A DNA stretch of 64,000 nt from a virus (lineage: Duplodnaviria > Caudoviricetes): positions 9,152-73,151 of IMG/VR virus record IMGVR_UViG_3300014205_000213. One strand, written 5' to 3'. Position 1 is the first letter of the stretch. Each line of letters opens with the position of its first letter. The translations under genes and the position numbers were made by a program. Shown here in pieces: positions 46,775-56,178 of the stretch. Below the pieces are notes generated by a model that did not search any database, was not told the DNA's origin, and saw only the letters and a list, made by a program, of their open reading frames with translations.

Positions 46775-47059
46775 ATGAAAAAACTATTTCTAATCTTCGC
46801 AGCAGTAATCCTCCTATCCTGTGAGATAATTGAGGATCCTATTAAACCAGTAAACTATTATTGCATAGTCTTACAGGTGAACTCTACCAACGGCAAAGTC
46901 ATATCAAATGAGGTTATCTCAGACTTTGTTTATGAAAAAGAATCCATTGATAAATGGAGTAGAGATGAAGGAATGATTACTCTAACCGATTCCATCAACC
47001 ACATTACCACTATCAAAATAATAACACATTTATACCCAGATTCGAAAGGAGGTAAATAA
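46775..47059 (+). CDS. Lipoprotein
   Basis: MKKLFLIFAAVILLS-C lipobox. Confidence 0.65.
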   Translation: MKKLFLIFAAVILLSCEIIEDPIKPVNYYCIVLQVNSTNGKVISNEVISDFVYEKESIDKWSRDEGMITLTDSINHITTIKIITHLYPDSKGGK

Positions 47060-47060
47060 A

Positions 47061-47249
47061 ATGGTAACAGAAATTGAATTAGCAAAGTTGGTTAAAAAAC
47101 TCAACGGTAAGGTTAATGTCCTAAAAAGACAACAAAGGAACTTCAATGCCACAAAGGCAAATCCTGGAGCATGGTTATATCTGGAAGGGCAAATAAAAAC
47201 CATGGATACAACAATTGATAGTTTGCTTAAAATTCTAAAGGTAAACTGA
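47061..47249 (+). CDS. Hypothetical protein
   Basis: 62 aa tiled ORF. Confidence 0.55.
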   Translation: MVTEIELAKLVKKLNGKVNVLKRQQRNFNATKANPGAWLYLEGQIKTMDTTIDSLLKILKVN

Positions 47250-47448
47250 AATGAATAAAATAAAACATTCTTGGGAAAGGCTATTTGGCACAGGAAAGAT
47301 GAACCATGCTGAATGTAGGAAATGTAAATTACAAAAATGGTATGACTCCGTTATGGAAAAGACTGTTTACCTAACCCAGAATGGAGTAACCCTTTATTGG
47401 GCACCTGAATGTATTCCTAATTAATAAACCAATTTAATAAATAAGACT

Positions 47449-47748
47449 ATGAAACTACAAGCAAACATCATCATCACAATCCTTTTCTGTTTAGCCATTT
47501 TTATTTGGGTGGGTTCCCATTTATGGAAAGCCTATAAGGAAGGAAGGAAGCCCACACCCGACGATGAACTTTATCAACTCCGATGGAAAATCGAATGTTG
47601 TGAAGTGAATGATCTTAATGAAATTTATCTTATTCAAGCCATTAAAGAAATGAGATCCAGAAAAGATCTTAACCAAAAGAAAGTTGATGTATTAGACAGA
47701 TTAAGGAGAGAAAGATTTCAGGAATTACATACAAATGACAAGGAGTAA
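47449..47748 (+). CDS. Membrane-anchored hypothetical protein
   Basis: N-terminal TM helix. Confidence 0.55.
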   Translation: MKLQANIIITILFCLAIFIWVGSHLWKAYKEGRKPTPDDELYQLRWKIECCEVNDLNEIYLIQAIKEMRSRKDLNQKKVDVLDRLRRERFQELHTNDKE

Positions 47749-47808
47749 AACCAGGCATACTGTTATAACTATTTGAATCTAAGTTGATTCATTCGTTTTA
47801 AAAAGAAA

Positions 47809-47817
47809 TTGTATAAT
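47809..47817 (+). promoter_or_regulatory. TTGTATAAT putative phage promoter
   Basis: Intergenic, upstream of initiator-dnaB-que genes. Confidence 0.6.
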
Positions 47818-47942
47818 ATAATAGTTAATTATTTTCATATAGGCGGATATGAACAAAAATATAATTCATTTTTCTTGGGTGTTCAGTCAGAAGGAGTCAG
47901 GTGCCGCCTCACTTGCCCTTCTGGCTTTTTATTTTAAAAAAG

Positions 47943-48809
47943 ATGAAGAGAAATATATCAAATAGGTTAAACATATACGCCTATCCTATTCAAGAAGAAC
48001 CAATTATCCTTTCAAAATATTTACTTGATATTTTATTAAAGGAACCCAACCCAGCAGACTTAATTGGTTTGTACTGTTTCTATTATTATACATCCAAGTG
48101 GCAGGGAACAAACTTTCCAAAAGCCACGACTACTTACTCTGCGAAAGGGATGAACTGGGGGGTAGACAAAACCAGATCAGTCAAAAAGAGATTAAAAGAA
48201 TTAGGACTCATAGAGGACGTCACACGACGTGGATTAGGAGGGGAAGTGACAGGGCACTTTGTCAAAATCAACTTTGTGTGGAGTTTAAATCACATCGGTG
48301 AATTCCCCAGCCCCATGAAAAACCCAGGCCTGGGGAAAACCGCGGTAAATACTTTAATAACTAATAATAAAAATACTTTCTTTGAAGATGAGGATTTTTC
48401 CAATAAAGAAAAAGATGATTCCTCCAATTCAATCAATTCAAGTGTTCCAATTGTTCCATCTCAATTCTCCATGTTTTGGAATTTATATCCCAAGCACAAA
48501 GATCAAGGCAAAGCAATGACAGCCTGGGATAAGATTTGTAATCGACCCACTTCAAAAAGACCAACGTGGAGGCAAATCAAAAAGGCAATCGTAGCACAAA
48601 AGAAAACAGAACGGTGGGAAGACCCTCAATACATTCCATTCCCAGCAACTTGGTTAAATCAAAGTCGTTGGTTAGATGATCCTGACGAAATGACAACATT
48701 TAAAAGTTATAAGGATAAACCAAACAAAATTATGGAGGGAGGGGAATGGTGGTATCTTGATAAGAAAGATGGAAAATATTATAATAACGAAGGAATATTA
48801 CTATCATGA
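47943..48809 (+). CDS. Replication initiator / replisome organiser
   Basis: N-terminal wHTH (SVKKRLKELGLIE); C-terminal FSMFWNLYPK...AW and ATWLNQSRWLD. Confidence 0.75.
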   Translation: MKRNISNRLNIYAYPIQEEPIILSKYLLDILLKEPNPADLIGLYCFYYYTSKWQGTNFPKATTTYSAKGMNWGVDKTRSVKKRLKELGLIEDVTRRGLGGEVTGHFVKINFVWSLNHIGEFPSPMKNPGLGKTAVNTLITNNKNTFFEDEDFSNKEKDDSSNSINSSVPIVPSQFSMFWNLYPKHKDQGKAMTAWDKICNRPTSKRPTWRQIKKAIVAQKKTERWEDPQYIPFPATWLNQSRWLDDPDEMTTFKSYKDKPNKIMEGGEWWYLDKKDGKYYNNEGILLS

Positions 48810-50347
48810 TAGAACGTAAGATTATAATAGGGTTGATTGTATCAACAGAGTATTTACAACAAATTCAAAATATTTGGGATCCCCAGTATATTGTTTCATC
48901 AACGGCAAAACGATTGGCTGTCTGGTGTTGGGAATATTTCAATAAATACAATAAGGCTCCTGGTAAACATATTGAAGATATTCTTTATACGAAGATAAGA
49001 AAAGGTAAGTTAGCCAAAGACATTGCCGAGGAGTTTGAAGAGGATATTCTTCCAAGTCTAAGTAAAGAATATACAAACAAGTCATTCAATTTAACCTATT
49101 TGTTAGAAGAGACAAAGAATTACTTTGATGAACGCCATTTAATTATTCATAAGGACACCATACAAAATTTACTTGCGGCAGGCAATATACAAGAGGCGGA
49201 ACAGTTAGCCTGTGAGTTCAAGCCCATTTCCGGGGCTGTGCGTGAGGATTTAGACCTTAGTAGTCCAATAGTATTAGATCGTATAGATCGTGCCTTTGCG
49301 ACGACGTCTTCACCTCTTGTATATTATCCTCACCAATTAGGAGAGTTTTGGAATTCTCAACTCACACGTGGGGCGTTTGTTGCCTTAATGGGACCAGAGA
49401 AAAGAGGAAAGACATTTTGGTTACTTGACATAGCTTTACGTGGTTGTAGGCAAGGAAGGAATGTTGCCTTTTTCCAAGCAGGGGATATGTCTGAGGATGA
49501 ACAATTGATACGTATTTGCATTTATTTAACAAAAAAGTCCAATGAGGCTGTCTACTCTGGAAAGATGGAAGAGCCTGTTCGAGATTGCATTAATAATCAG
49601 TTAAATGATTGTACCAAAGATGAAAGAGAATGTAATTGTGGTGCATTTGAAGGGTGGGACTTTAAAAGATTACGAAACGATTTAACATTGAAAGACTTAC
49701 AGGATGCATATACTGAGCATCCTGATTACAAACCATGTACAAATTGTAAGCAGTATTGGAAGAATCATTGGGGATCTGTTTGGATGAAACCTGTTAATAC
49801 TGGTGGGCCTCTGACAGCAATACAAGCCAAGAGAGCAATAAATAAATTCTTCCTACAAAATGGAAGGAACTTTAAATTGTCAACACACGCTAATGGTACA
49901 TTGTCTAATAAAGAAATACGGGCTATATTGGCAAATTGGGAAAAGCAGGATAACTTCGTTCCAGATATTATTGTTATTGACTATGCAGATTTGTTAATTG
50001 GAGACTCAAAAGACTTTAGACACTTACAAAACGAAATATGGAAAGGGTTACGACGTTTGTCACAAGAGAAAGGGGAGCCCTTGGTTGTTACAGCAACACA
50101 GGCAGATGCTGCAAGTTATGATCAAAATAGATTAAAATTGAAAAACTTCTCCGAAGATAAAAGAAAGTATGGACATGTGACCGCTCTATGGGGATTAAAC
50201 CAAGATCCTTTAGATAGAGAAAAGAAACTTGGATTAATGAGGATTAATGAATTAGTGGTTAGGAAGGGAGCATTTTCAGTTCTTAACGAGGTTACTGTTT
50301 TACAAAACTTAAGGAGAGGGCGTCCATTCCTTGGAAGTTATAGGTAG
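48806..50347 (+). CDS. DnaB-like replicative helicase
   Basis: GPEKRGKT Walker A, IVIDYADL, VTATQ. Confidence 0.88.
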   Translation: MIERKIIIGLIVSTEYLQQIQNIWDPQYIVSSTAKRLAVWCWEYFNKYNKAPGKHIEDILYTKIRKGKLAKDIAEEFEEDILPSLSKEYTNKSFNLTYLLEETKNYFDERHLIIHKDTIQNLLAAGNIQEAEQLACEFKPISGAVREDLDLSSPIVLDRIDRAFATTSSPLVYYPHQLGEFWNSQLTRGAFVALMGPEKRGKTFWLLDIALRGCRQGRNVAFFQAGDMSEDEQLIRICIYLTKKSNEAVYSGKMEEPVRDCINNQLNDCTKDERECNCGAFEGWDFKRLRNDLTLKDLQDAYTEHPDYKPCTNCKQYWKNHWGSVWMKPVNTGGPLTAIQAKRAINKFFLQNGRNFKLSTHANGTLSNKEIRAILANWEKQDNFVPDIIVIDYADLLIGDSKDFRHLQNEIWKGLRRLSQEKGEPLVVTATQADAASYDQNRLKLKNFSEDKRKYGHVTALWGLNQDPLDREKKLGLMRINELVVRKGAFSVLNEVTVLQNLRRGRPFLGSYR

Positions 50348-50378
50348 TTTTATGTCAAATAAATTAAATTAAAAAGTT

Positions 50379-50744
50379 ATGTACACGATTAGAAAAGAGT
50401 TTCATTTTAGCGCCGCCCACCGTTTGGTTGGGCTTCCTCCTGAGCATCCATGTGGGAATGTTCATGGTCACAATTACAAAGTGACGTTGGAGTTAGTCTC
50501 CATTAAATTGAATACAAATGGTTTTGTTGTTGATTACCGACAACTCCAACCTGTTAAAGAATGGATTGATGAACATCTTGATCACAAACTTCTTAACGAT
50601 TGTATGGTAAACACTCCAACAGCAGAGAATATTGCCAAGATGCTCTTTATGCAATTTAAACCTCGCTTCCCCCAACTAACTGCCGTTGAAGTAAGTGAAA
50701 CTGAAAAAACAACAGCACGTTATATGTCTGACTATGACGAATAA
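50379..50744 (+). CDS. queD: 6-carboxy-5,6,7,8-tetrahydropterin synthase
   Basis: FSAAHRL, CGNVHGHNY, LDHKLLN, PTAENIA, EVSET. Confidence 0.92.
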   Translation: MYTIRKEFHFSAAHRLVGLPPEHPCGNVHGHNYKVTLELVSIKLNTNGFVVDYRQLQPVKEWIDEHLDHKLLNDCMVNTPTAENIAKMLFMQFKPRFPQLTAVEVSETEKTTARYMSDYDE

Positions 50745-50745
50745 T

Positions 50746-51513
50746 ATGGTTAAGCAAATAATTCGAGCGGAAGATTCCCAAACAAGGAAGTCCTTTCAAA
50801 AAGATGGAGAGTATTTCTTAAGGGTATCTGAATTCTATTATGACACAATTCAAGGTGAAGGATTTCACATAGGACATCCTGCAGCATTTCTTAGATTGCA
50901 AGGATGTTCCTTAAATTGTGGTTATTGTGATACTACCTCCGTATGGAAATATGGGAGTCCTTATTCGTATGGTGAATTAATTGAATTGATAAATAGTACA
51001 ATGTTAATTCCAAGATTAAAGGAAGGTCAACATTTGGTGATAACTGGAGGGAGTCCTTTGTTGCAACAAAATAAACTGGAGGGATTCATACGACAACTTT
51101 CAATTGTGTATGGATTTAATCCTTACGTTGAAGTTGAAAACGAATGTGTTATTGAACCATCCGAAGGGATGATAAATATTGTTAATTGTTGGAACAATTC
51201 TCCAAAATTAACAAACAGTGGTGTCCTTGCCAAGGATAGATATAAACCAAATGTTATTACTATCATGTCAAGTTTACCAAATTCCTGGTTTAAGTTTGTT
51301 ATATCCCATACGGAGGAGTGGAAAGAGATAGAAGAATTTTATTTGAAAACACAGTTGATTCGCAAAGAGCAAATTATTTTAATGCCTGAAGGAGGGACCA
51401 AAGAGGAGTTGGAAAAAAATAAATTGGAGGTTGTAGAATTAGCGGTAAGGCACAATGTTAGGTACAGTTCACGGGAGCACATCATGCTCTGGGACAAAAA
51501 AGTTGGGATTTAA
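50746..51513 (+). CDS. queE: 7-carboxy-7-deazaguanine synthase (radical SAM)
   Basis: TIQGEG, FLRLQGCSLNCGYCDT, ITGGSPLLQ, SPKL. Confidence 0.9.
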   Translation: MVKQIIRAEDSQTRKSFQKDGEYFLRVSEFYYDTIQGEGFHIGHPAAFLRLQGCSLNCGYCDTTSVWKYGSPYSYGELIELINSTMLIPRLKEGQHLVITGGSPLLQQNKLEGFIRQLSIVYGFNPYVEVENECVIEPSEGMINIVNCWNNSPKLTNSGVLAKDRYKPNVITIMSSLPNSWFKFVISHTEEWKEIEEFYLKTQLIRKEQIILMPEGGTKEELEKNKLEVVELAVRHNVRYSSREHIMLWDKKVGI

Positions 51514-51533
51514 AAAATGAATTAAAATTTTTT

Positions 51534-51542
51534 TTGTATAAT
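51534..51542 (+). promoter_or_regulatory. TTGTATAAT putative phage promoter
   Basis: Intergenic, upstream of the acidic protein and folE operon. Confidence 0.6.
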
Positions 51543-51594
51543 ATGCGTAAATAAGTTTTCTAATTTTTATTGTTTAATTTAAATTTTTGAAATT

Positions 51595-52584
51595 ATGATT
51601 AGTGAAAAAGGATTGCGGTCAGCCGCAAAGGAATTGAACGAGTTACTTGGCTTGGATCCCGCCATTAACTTAAAGGCAAGTATTTCTGTACTTACCGAGA
51701 AGGTCAAAGAGGCAACATCTCTTATTGATCCCAAGGAGGACAAGTTTACAAAAGACACCCAGGCAGTCATTGACGAGTTAACAGGTAAGAAAGGGAAGAA
51801 GGCAAAGGCCAAAGTTGAAGAGGAAGAAGATGAGGACGAGGAAGTTGAGGAAGTAAAACCGAAAGGAAAGAAAGGAAAGAAAGCTCCGGAACCCGAACCT
51901 GAGGATGAAGACGAGGATGAAGACGAGGATGAGGACGAGGATGAGGACGAGGATGAGGACGAGGATGAGGACGAGGATGAGGACGAGGATGAGGATGAGG
52001 ACGAGGACGATGAGGACGAGGATGATGAGGACGAGGATGATGACGAGGATGAAGACCTCCGTGGCCAGGTTGATGAAGCTGAAGACCTTGACGACCTGAA
52101 AGAAATTGTTAAGGGTGCAGCAGAATTCAAACCCCTGGTAAAACAACTGAAGACCTTCAAGAAGGTAAAGGAACTCCGGAAGGCTATGATAGCCATACTG
52201 GATGAAGCAGATGAAGAAGCCCAGGAAAAGGCTGAGAAGATCAGCAAAAAGAACATAGGTTCCAAAAAGGTAAACGAGCTCAAAAAGAAATCGGCAAAGG
52301 AAGAGGACGAGGATGACAAAAAGAAGTCCAAAAAAGGTGGCCCGAAGAAAGGAGTAAAACCCAACTTCAAGAGGGAAGGATCAATGGCAGAATTTATGGA
52401 TAACATCTGCAAGGCCGGTGGGTCCTGGGACGAACTGGCAGAGGCTTGTAAGGAGGAAGGTGAGAAAAGGGATGTCCGCACCAAGTTTACTCCAAGTGTA
52501 ATGAAAGCCCATGTTAAGTTCCGGGTAAGCAAAGACCCAAAATTCCTTGGGAAATTGAAAATGAGAGAGGATGGGATCAGGTAA
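51595..52584 (+). CDS. Highly acidic multi-domain protein with (ED)n tract
   Basis: About 50-residue D/E run; N-domain shared with 45285, C-domain shared with 35196. Confidence 0.85.
   Translation: MISEKGLRSAAKELNELLGLDPAINLKASISVLTEKVKEATSLIDPKEDKFTKDTQAVIDELTGKKGKKAKAKVEEEEDEDEEVEEVKPKGKKGKKAPEPEPEDEDEDEDEDEDEDEDEDEDEDEDEDEDEDEDEDEDDEDEDDEDEDDDEDEDLRGQVDEAEDLDDLKEIVKGAAEFKPLVKQLKTFKKVKELRKAMIAILDEADEEAQEKAEKISKKNIGSKKVNELKKKSAKEEDEDDKKKSKKGGPKKGVKPNFKREGSMAEFMDNICKAGGSWDELAEACKEEGEKRDVRTKFTPSVMKAHVKFRVSKDPKFLGKLKMREDGIR
51901..52050 (+). repeat. Tandem GAGGAT/GAGGAC/GAAGAC repeat encoding poly-ED
   Basis: Visible 6/12 bp tandem repeat. Confidence 0.95.
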
Positions 52585-53140
52585 TCCACAAGACCTGGTA
52601 ACACAACTTTTACAACGGCTGGGAGAGGACCCTGATCGCGAAGGCTTGAAGGGAACTCCCAGCAGAGTTGTAAAAAGTTGGAGTGAAATATATGCTGGCT
52701 ACGGTTTTAACCCGGCCAGCATATTCACAACATTCTCTGAAGTTGAAGGTTACGCACAGATTGTCATCCTTACAGACATTGAATTATTTTCAATGTGTGA
52801 GCACCACATGTTACCATTTTTTGGTAAAGCACATGTTGCGTATCTTCCGGATGATAAAGTAATAGGCATTTCCAAATTAGCTCGTTTAGTTGATGGATAC
52901 GCTCGTCGATTACAGATACAAGAAAGAATAGGACAACAGGTTGTAAATGATTTAATGCAGTATTTAAAACCACAAGGTGCTGCATGTATTATTGAAGCCA
53001 GTCATATGTGTATGCGAATGAGAGGTTGTAATAAGCAACGATCAATAATGGTTACTTCATCCCTCTCCGGTGTATTTTTGGAAGATGCCACAATACGAGC
53101 TGAGTTAATGCAACTAATAAAAATGAAAACAAATGTTTAA
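52571..53140 (+). CDS. folE: GTP cyclohydrolase I
   Basis: [44 protein letters not shown]. Confidence 0.95.
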   Translation: MGSGNPQDLVTQLLQRLGEDPDREGLKGTPSRVVKSWSEIYAGYGFNPASIFTTFSEVEGYAQIVILTDIELFSMCEHHMLPFFGKAHVAYLPDDKVIGISKLARLVDGYARRLQIQERIGQQVVNDLMQYLKPQGAACIIEASHMCMRMRGCNKQRSIMVTSSLSGVFLEDATIRAELMQLIKMKTNV

Positions 53141-53768
53141 GTCATTGAGAAGAAATATTTTAATTACAGGAGCTTCTTCTGGTATTGGTAAAGCATTATA
53201 TGATTCCTTTAAAAGGGAAACGCTTGATTATAATGTATTTGGATTGAGCAGAAGGGGACCTGATATAAAACTTGATTTATCAAAACCGTATGTAGGTCCT
53301 CCATTGATGGAACATATTGATGTATTAATCAATTGTGCGGGGATTATGCCATTGGATGAGAAAGATCCTCATGGGATTTTCCAAGTTAATTTCTGGGGGA
53401 TGGTAAATATGATAAACTTGCATTGGAAAAACTTTGAAGTTGGTGCTTGTATTATAAACATAGCCAGCGTCTCCGGAATGGTTTCGGAACCTTTCTTACC
53501 AATATATGCTGCATCCAAGGCAGCAGTCATATCTTATACAAAAAGTATGGCAAAGAAGTTTGCTCCAGAGGTTCGCGTCAATTGCATTAGTCCAGGATTT
53601 TATGAAACAAATCTTGTCCCTGGTGAGACTCCTGCTGAATTAATATCAACAATACCATTAGGGTATGAGGAAAATCCTGCCAATCTATTTCCTGTTGTTA
53701 AAATGATAATTGATTGTAATTACATGACAGGAAGTAATGTTGTTATTGATGGAGGGATTACCTTATGA
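53133..53768 (+). CDS. Short-chain dehydrogenase/reductase
   Basis: [26 protein letters not shown]. Confidence 0.92.
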   Translation: MFKSLRRNILITGASSGIGKALYDSFKRETLDYNVFGLSRRGPDIKLDLSKPYVGPPLMEHIDVLINCAGIMPLDEKDPHGIFQVNFWGMVNMINLHWKNFEVGACIINIASVSGMVSEPFLPIYAASKAAVISYTKSMAKKFAPEVRVNCISPGFYETNLVPGETPAELISTIPLGYEENPANLFPVVKMIIDCNYMTGSNVVIDGGITL

Positions 53769-54790
53769 AAAATTCATTAACCTATTTAACACGTAGATGT
53801 CCACGTCAGTGTGGATACTGTGCGTTACGTGATGCAACAAACGTTGGAAAAGAGTTAGAAGTTACCCAGTGGATCGAAGCCTTTAACATCCTAAAAGGGA
53901 TGGGAGTGGAATTTAACTTAATCCTCGGGAATGAGACGTGGTTGTTAGGGGACGGGATAATTACTATACTTGAGGCTAACAAAGTCCCGTTCGCCCTTTA
54001 TACGACGGCACCGGAGCCCTGGTTTACAAAGTACAGACGAAAGTTCTTTGATAGTGGGGTGTTGGACAACTTTTCCTGTGGTATAGATTATCCCAGATTT
54101 GATAACTTGTTTGTAGATGATGATTCTTTCCGTAAATCACAAAGTGCGATTGATGCGTTTAAGTGGATGAGGAATGAATACCCTGATGTAGACACACATG
54201 GAACAATCACAGTGCATAAACAAAACTTGAAATATTTGAATGCCCTTGCCGGTCAACTTTCCTACTTAGGTGTGTTCTATGCAGTAAACTTCATACATTG
54301 GAATTCCGATGGCGGATTTGACTTCTTCCCAGGAAAGGATAAAATACAAGACTTACTTTTCACTCCAGAGGATTTCCCTGAGGTCACAAGAGTACTAAAT
54401 CAACTGTTAGAAAATCCTGGTTTGTTACAAAGTCCTGAGGTCGTTAAAATCGTGGCAGACAATCCTGAACTATTACAAATGAAATGGCATTGTAAAGGTG
54501 ATCCTTACGGTGGACCTACAATTGATTCAGATGGACACCTCCGTTGCTGTGGTTATAGGAGGGGTAGGTTTACTCCTCACTTAACAATCTTCGACTTACC
54601 AGGGGAACAAGATCTTTGGAGGGAATCCGTTCGTATGGATGCAGCAGAGTGCCCAGGTTGTGTTTGGTTGTATCCAATGCAATTACATTACTGGGAAAAG
54701 ACTGATCCTGAGATGGGAAAGAAAGTATTTGCAAAACATGCAGGTGCTCATATTAAAGAAAGTAAATGGTCTAATCGTATAATTGAATAA
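53765..54790 (+). CDS. Radical SAM protein with SPASM/twitch-like C-terminal Cys
   Basis: CPRQCGYC; WHCKG...IDSDGHLRCCGY...CPGC. Confidence 0.85.
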   Translation: MKNSLTYLTRRCPRQCGYCALRDATNVGKELEVTQWIEAFNILKGMGVEFNLILGNETWLLGDGIITILEANKVPFALYTTAPEPWFTKYRRKFFDSGVLDNFSCGIDYPRFDNLFVDDDSFRKSQSAIDAFKWMRNEYPDVDTHGTITVHKQNLKYLNALAGQLSYLGVFYAVNFIHWNSDGGFDFFPGKDKIQDLLFTPEDFPEVTRVLNQLLENPGLLQSPEVVKIVADNPELLQMKWHCKGDPYGGPTIDSDGHLRCCGYRRGRFTPHLTIFDLPGEQDLWRESVRMDAAECPGCVWLYPMQLHYWEKTDPEMGKKVFAKHAGAHIKESKWSNRIIE

Positions 54791-54792
54791 AT

Positions 54793-55341
54793 ATGAAAAG
54801 TACAAATTATGACTTGATTCTTTTATTTAGTGGTGGACTTGACAGTACATTACTATTGGCTATGGCTTCTGAGATGAGTATGCGACCTCTTTGTATTCTT
54901 TTTGATTATGGACAACACCATGTGGAAGAGTTGGAGTACGCAGTCAAAACGTGTGACGATTACAATGCCCAGTATCTAAAATTTAAAATTGGACTTCCAG
55001 TTGATTCAAAATTAACGGGAGATAGTAAAACCTATGAAGGGGTTTCCGAATGGCATGTTCCCTCAAGGAATTTGATATTTATGTCAATGGCAGTAAGTGT
55101 GGCAGAAGATAAGGGCATCCCTTTAATATGGTTTGGAGCAAACTATGAAGATCGGGAAAAGTTGTTCCCCGATTGTTACCAAGAGTGGATCTATTCACTT
55201 AATCAATTATTATCAATAAATGGTAGTATGAAGATTAAAGTTGAAGCTCCCCTGTTAGGAATGTCAAAAGAAACTATCAAACAATTGGCTCATTATTATA
55301 GTATTAACGAAAAAGATGTATTCAGCGGCTATGGCAAATGA
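54793..55341 (+). CDS. queC: QueC-like PP-loop ATPase lacking the C-terminal Zn-binding Cys motif
   Basis: SGGLDS, FDYGQ, VPSRNLIF, PDC; ends SGYGK where QueC has SCY..CGxCxxC. Confidence 0.8.
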   Translation: MKSTNYDLILLFSGGLDSTLLLAMASEMSMRPLCILFDYGQHHVEELEYAVKTCDDYNAQYLKFKIGLPVDSKLTGDSKTYEGVSEWHVPSRNLIFMSMAVSVAEDKGIPLIWFGANYEDREKLFPDCYQEWIYSLNQLLSINGSMKIKVEAPLLGMSKETIKQLAHYYSINEKDVFSGYGK

Positions 55342-55708
55342 CAAAGTTTTTACAAAATTGGTGGACAAGCATTACAGTCCACTTGTGATTAGGAAATACA
55401 CTCATTGGGGATTTCCAATCTATGTTGGTTTAATTACTGACAACGACTTAACAAATCTTGATGATATTTTTCTAAAGTTTATGGAAGAGTATCAAAAGGA
55501 GTCATGGGTAAATAATATTCAAAAGCTCAGGAACTTGGCAGGGGCTCTTACTGAACATCTAAATACGGTATATGAAAAAACGGAAGGTGTTGCAGTTGTA
55601 TTCTATGTTGATAAGTGTTTTATATCCTCGCTACATGGTGACTTTATGAATCATACTTCATGCCGTATTGAGTTTTATGGACTTCTACAAATGAGTACAG
55701 GAGTATGA
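55331..55708 (+). CDS. Hypothetical protein within the modification cluster
   Basis: Overlaps the queC-like stop; ORF track 55316..55708. Confidence 0.65.
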   Translation: MANDKVFTKLVDKHYSPLVIRKYTHWGFPIYVGLITDNDLTNLDDIFLKFMEEYQKESWVNNIQKLRNLAGALTEHLNTVYEKTEGVAVVFYVDKCFISSLHGDFMNHTSCRIEFYGLLQMSTGV

Positions 55709-56178
55709 AAAGGTATGTTATCATTGCCCCACATGGAGACGATGAACTCATAGGGTGTTACGAATTATTTGAAAGGGGATTAGTCAAATCCGTATTATAC
55801 CAAGATCCTCGGGATAAGGAGGAAGCCATACATTTAGCTGATGCGTTTGATATTGATGTATTTCTCTTCGAAGACTTCAGCTTCACACATAAAGGATCTT
55901 ACGGAGAGATTTATCTTTTCCCAGATCCAATATATGAAATACACCCGCAGCACAGAATTTTGGGACATCTTGGTGAAGAACTTTTGCGAGGAGGTAGGGA
56001 GGTTATTTTTTACTCGACTAATATGTTAGCCCCCTATATACACGAGGTGCAAATCCCAGAAAAAAAGAAGCAATTACTGGATACATTCTACCCACGTAAA
56101 GCAAATCTGTGGGAGTTTGATCACAAGTATTATTTGTTTGAAGGATATACTAAATGGATAACAAGATGGCCAGATTGA
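55705..56178 (+). CDS. PIG-L/LmbE-family de-N-acetylase-like protein
   Basis: IIAPHGDDELIG and HPQH metal motifs. Confidence 0.72.
   Translation: MKRYVIIAPHGDDELIGCYELFERGLVKSVLYQDPRDKEEAIHLADAFDIDVFLFEDFSFTHKGSYGEIYLFPDPIYEIHPQHRILGHLGEELLRGGREVIFYSTNMLAPYIHEVQIPEKKKQLLDTFYPRKANLWEFDHKYYLFEGYTKWITRWPD

Noticed and set aside
48323-48334. 12 bp palindrome CCCAGGCCTGGG inside the initiator gene as origin iterons
   Set aside because: Single palindrome with no tandem iteron series visible; insufficient support.
51579-52604. 341 aa poly-Ser ORF on the minus strand, plus (MRTR)n 51905..52099 and (LVLI)n 51778..52146 ORFs
   Set aside because: Shadow frames of the GAGGAT/GAGGAC repeat in the real acidic-protein gene.
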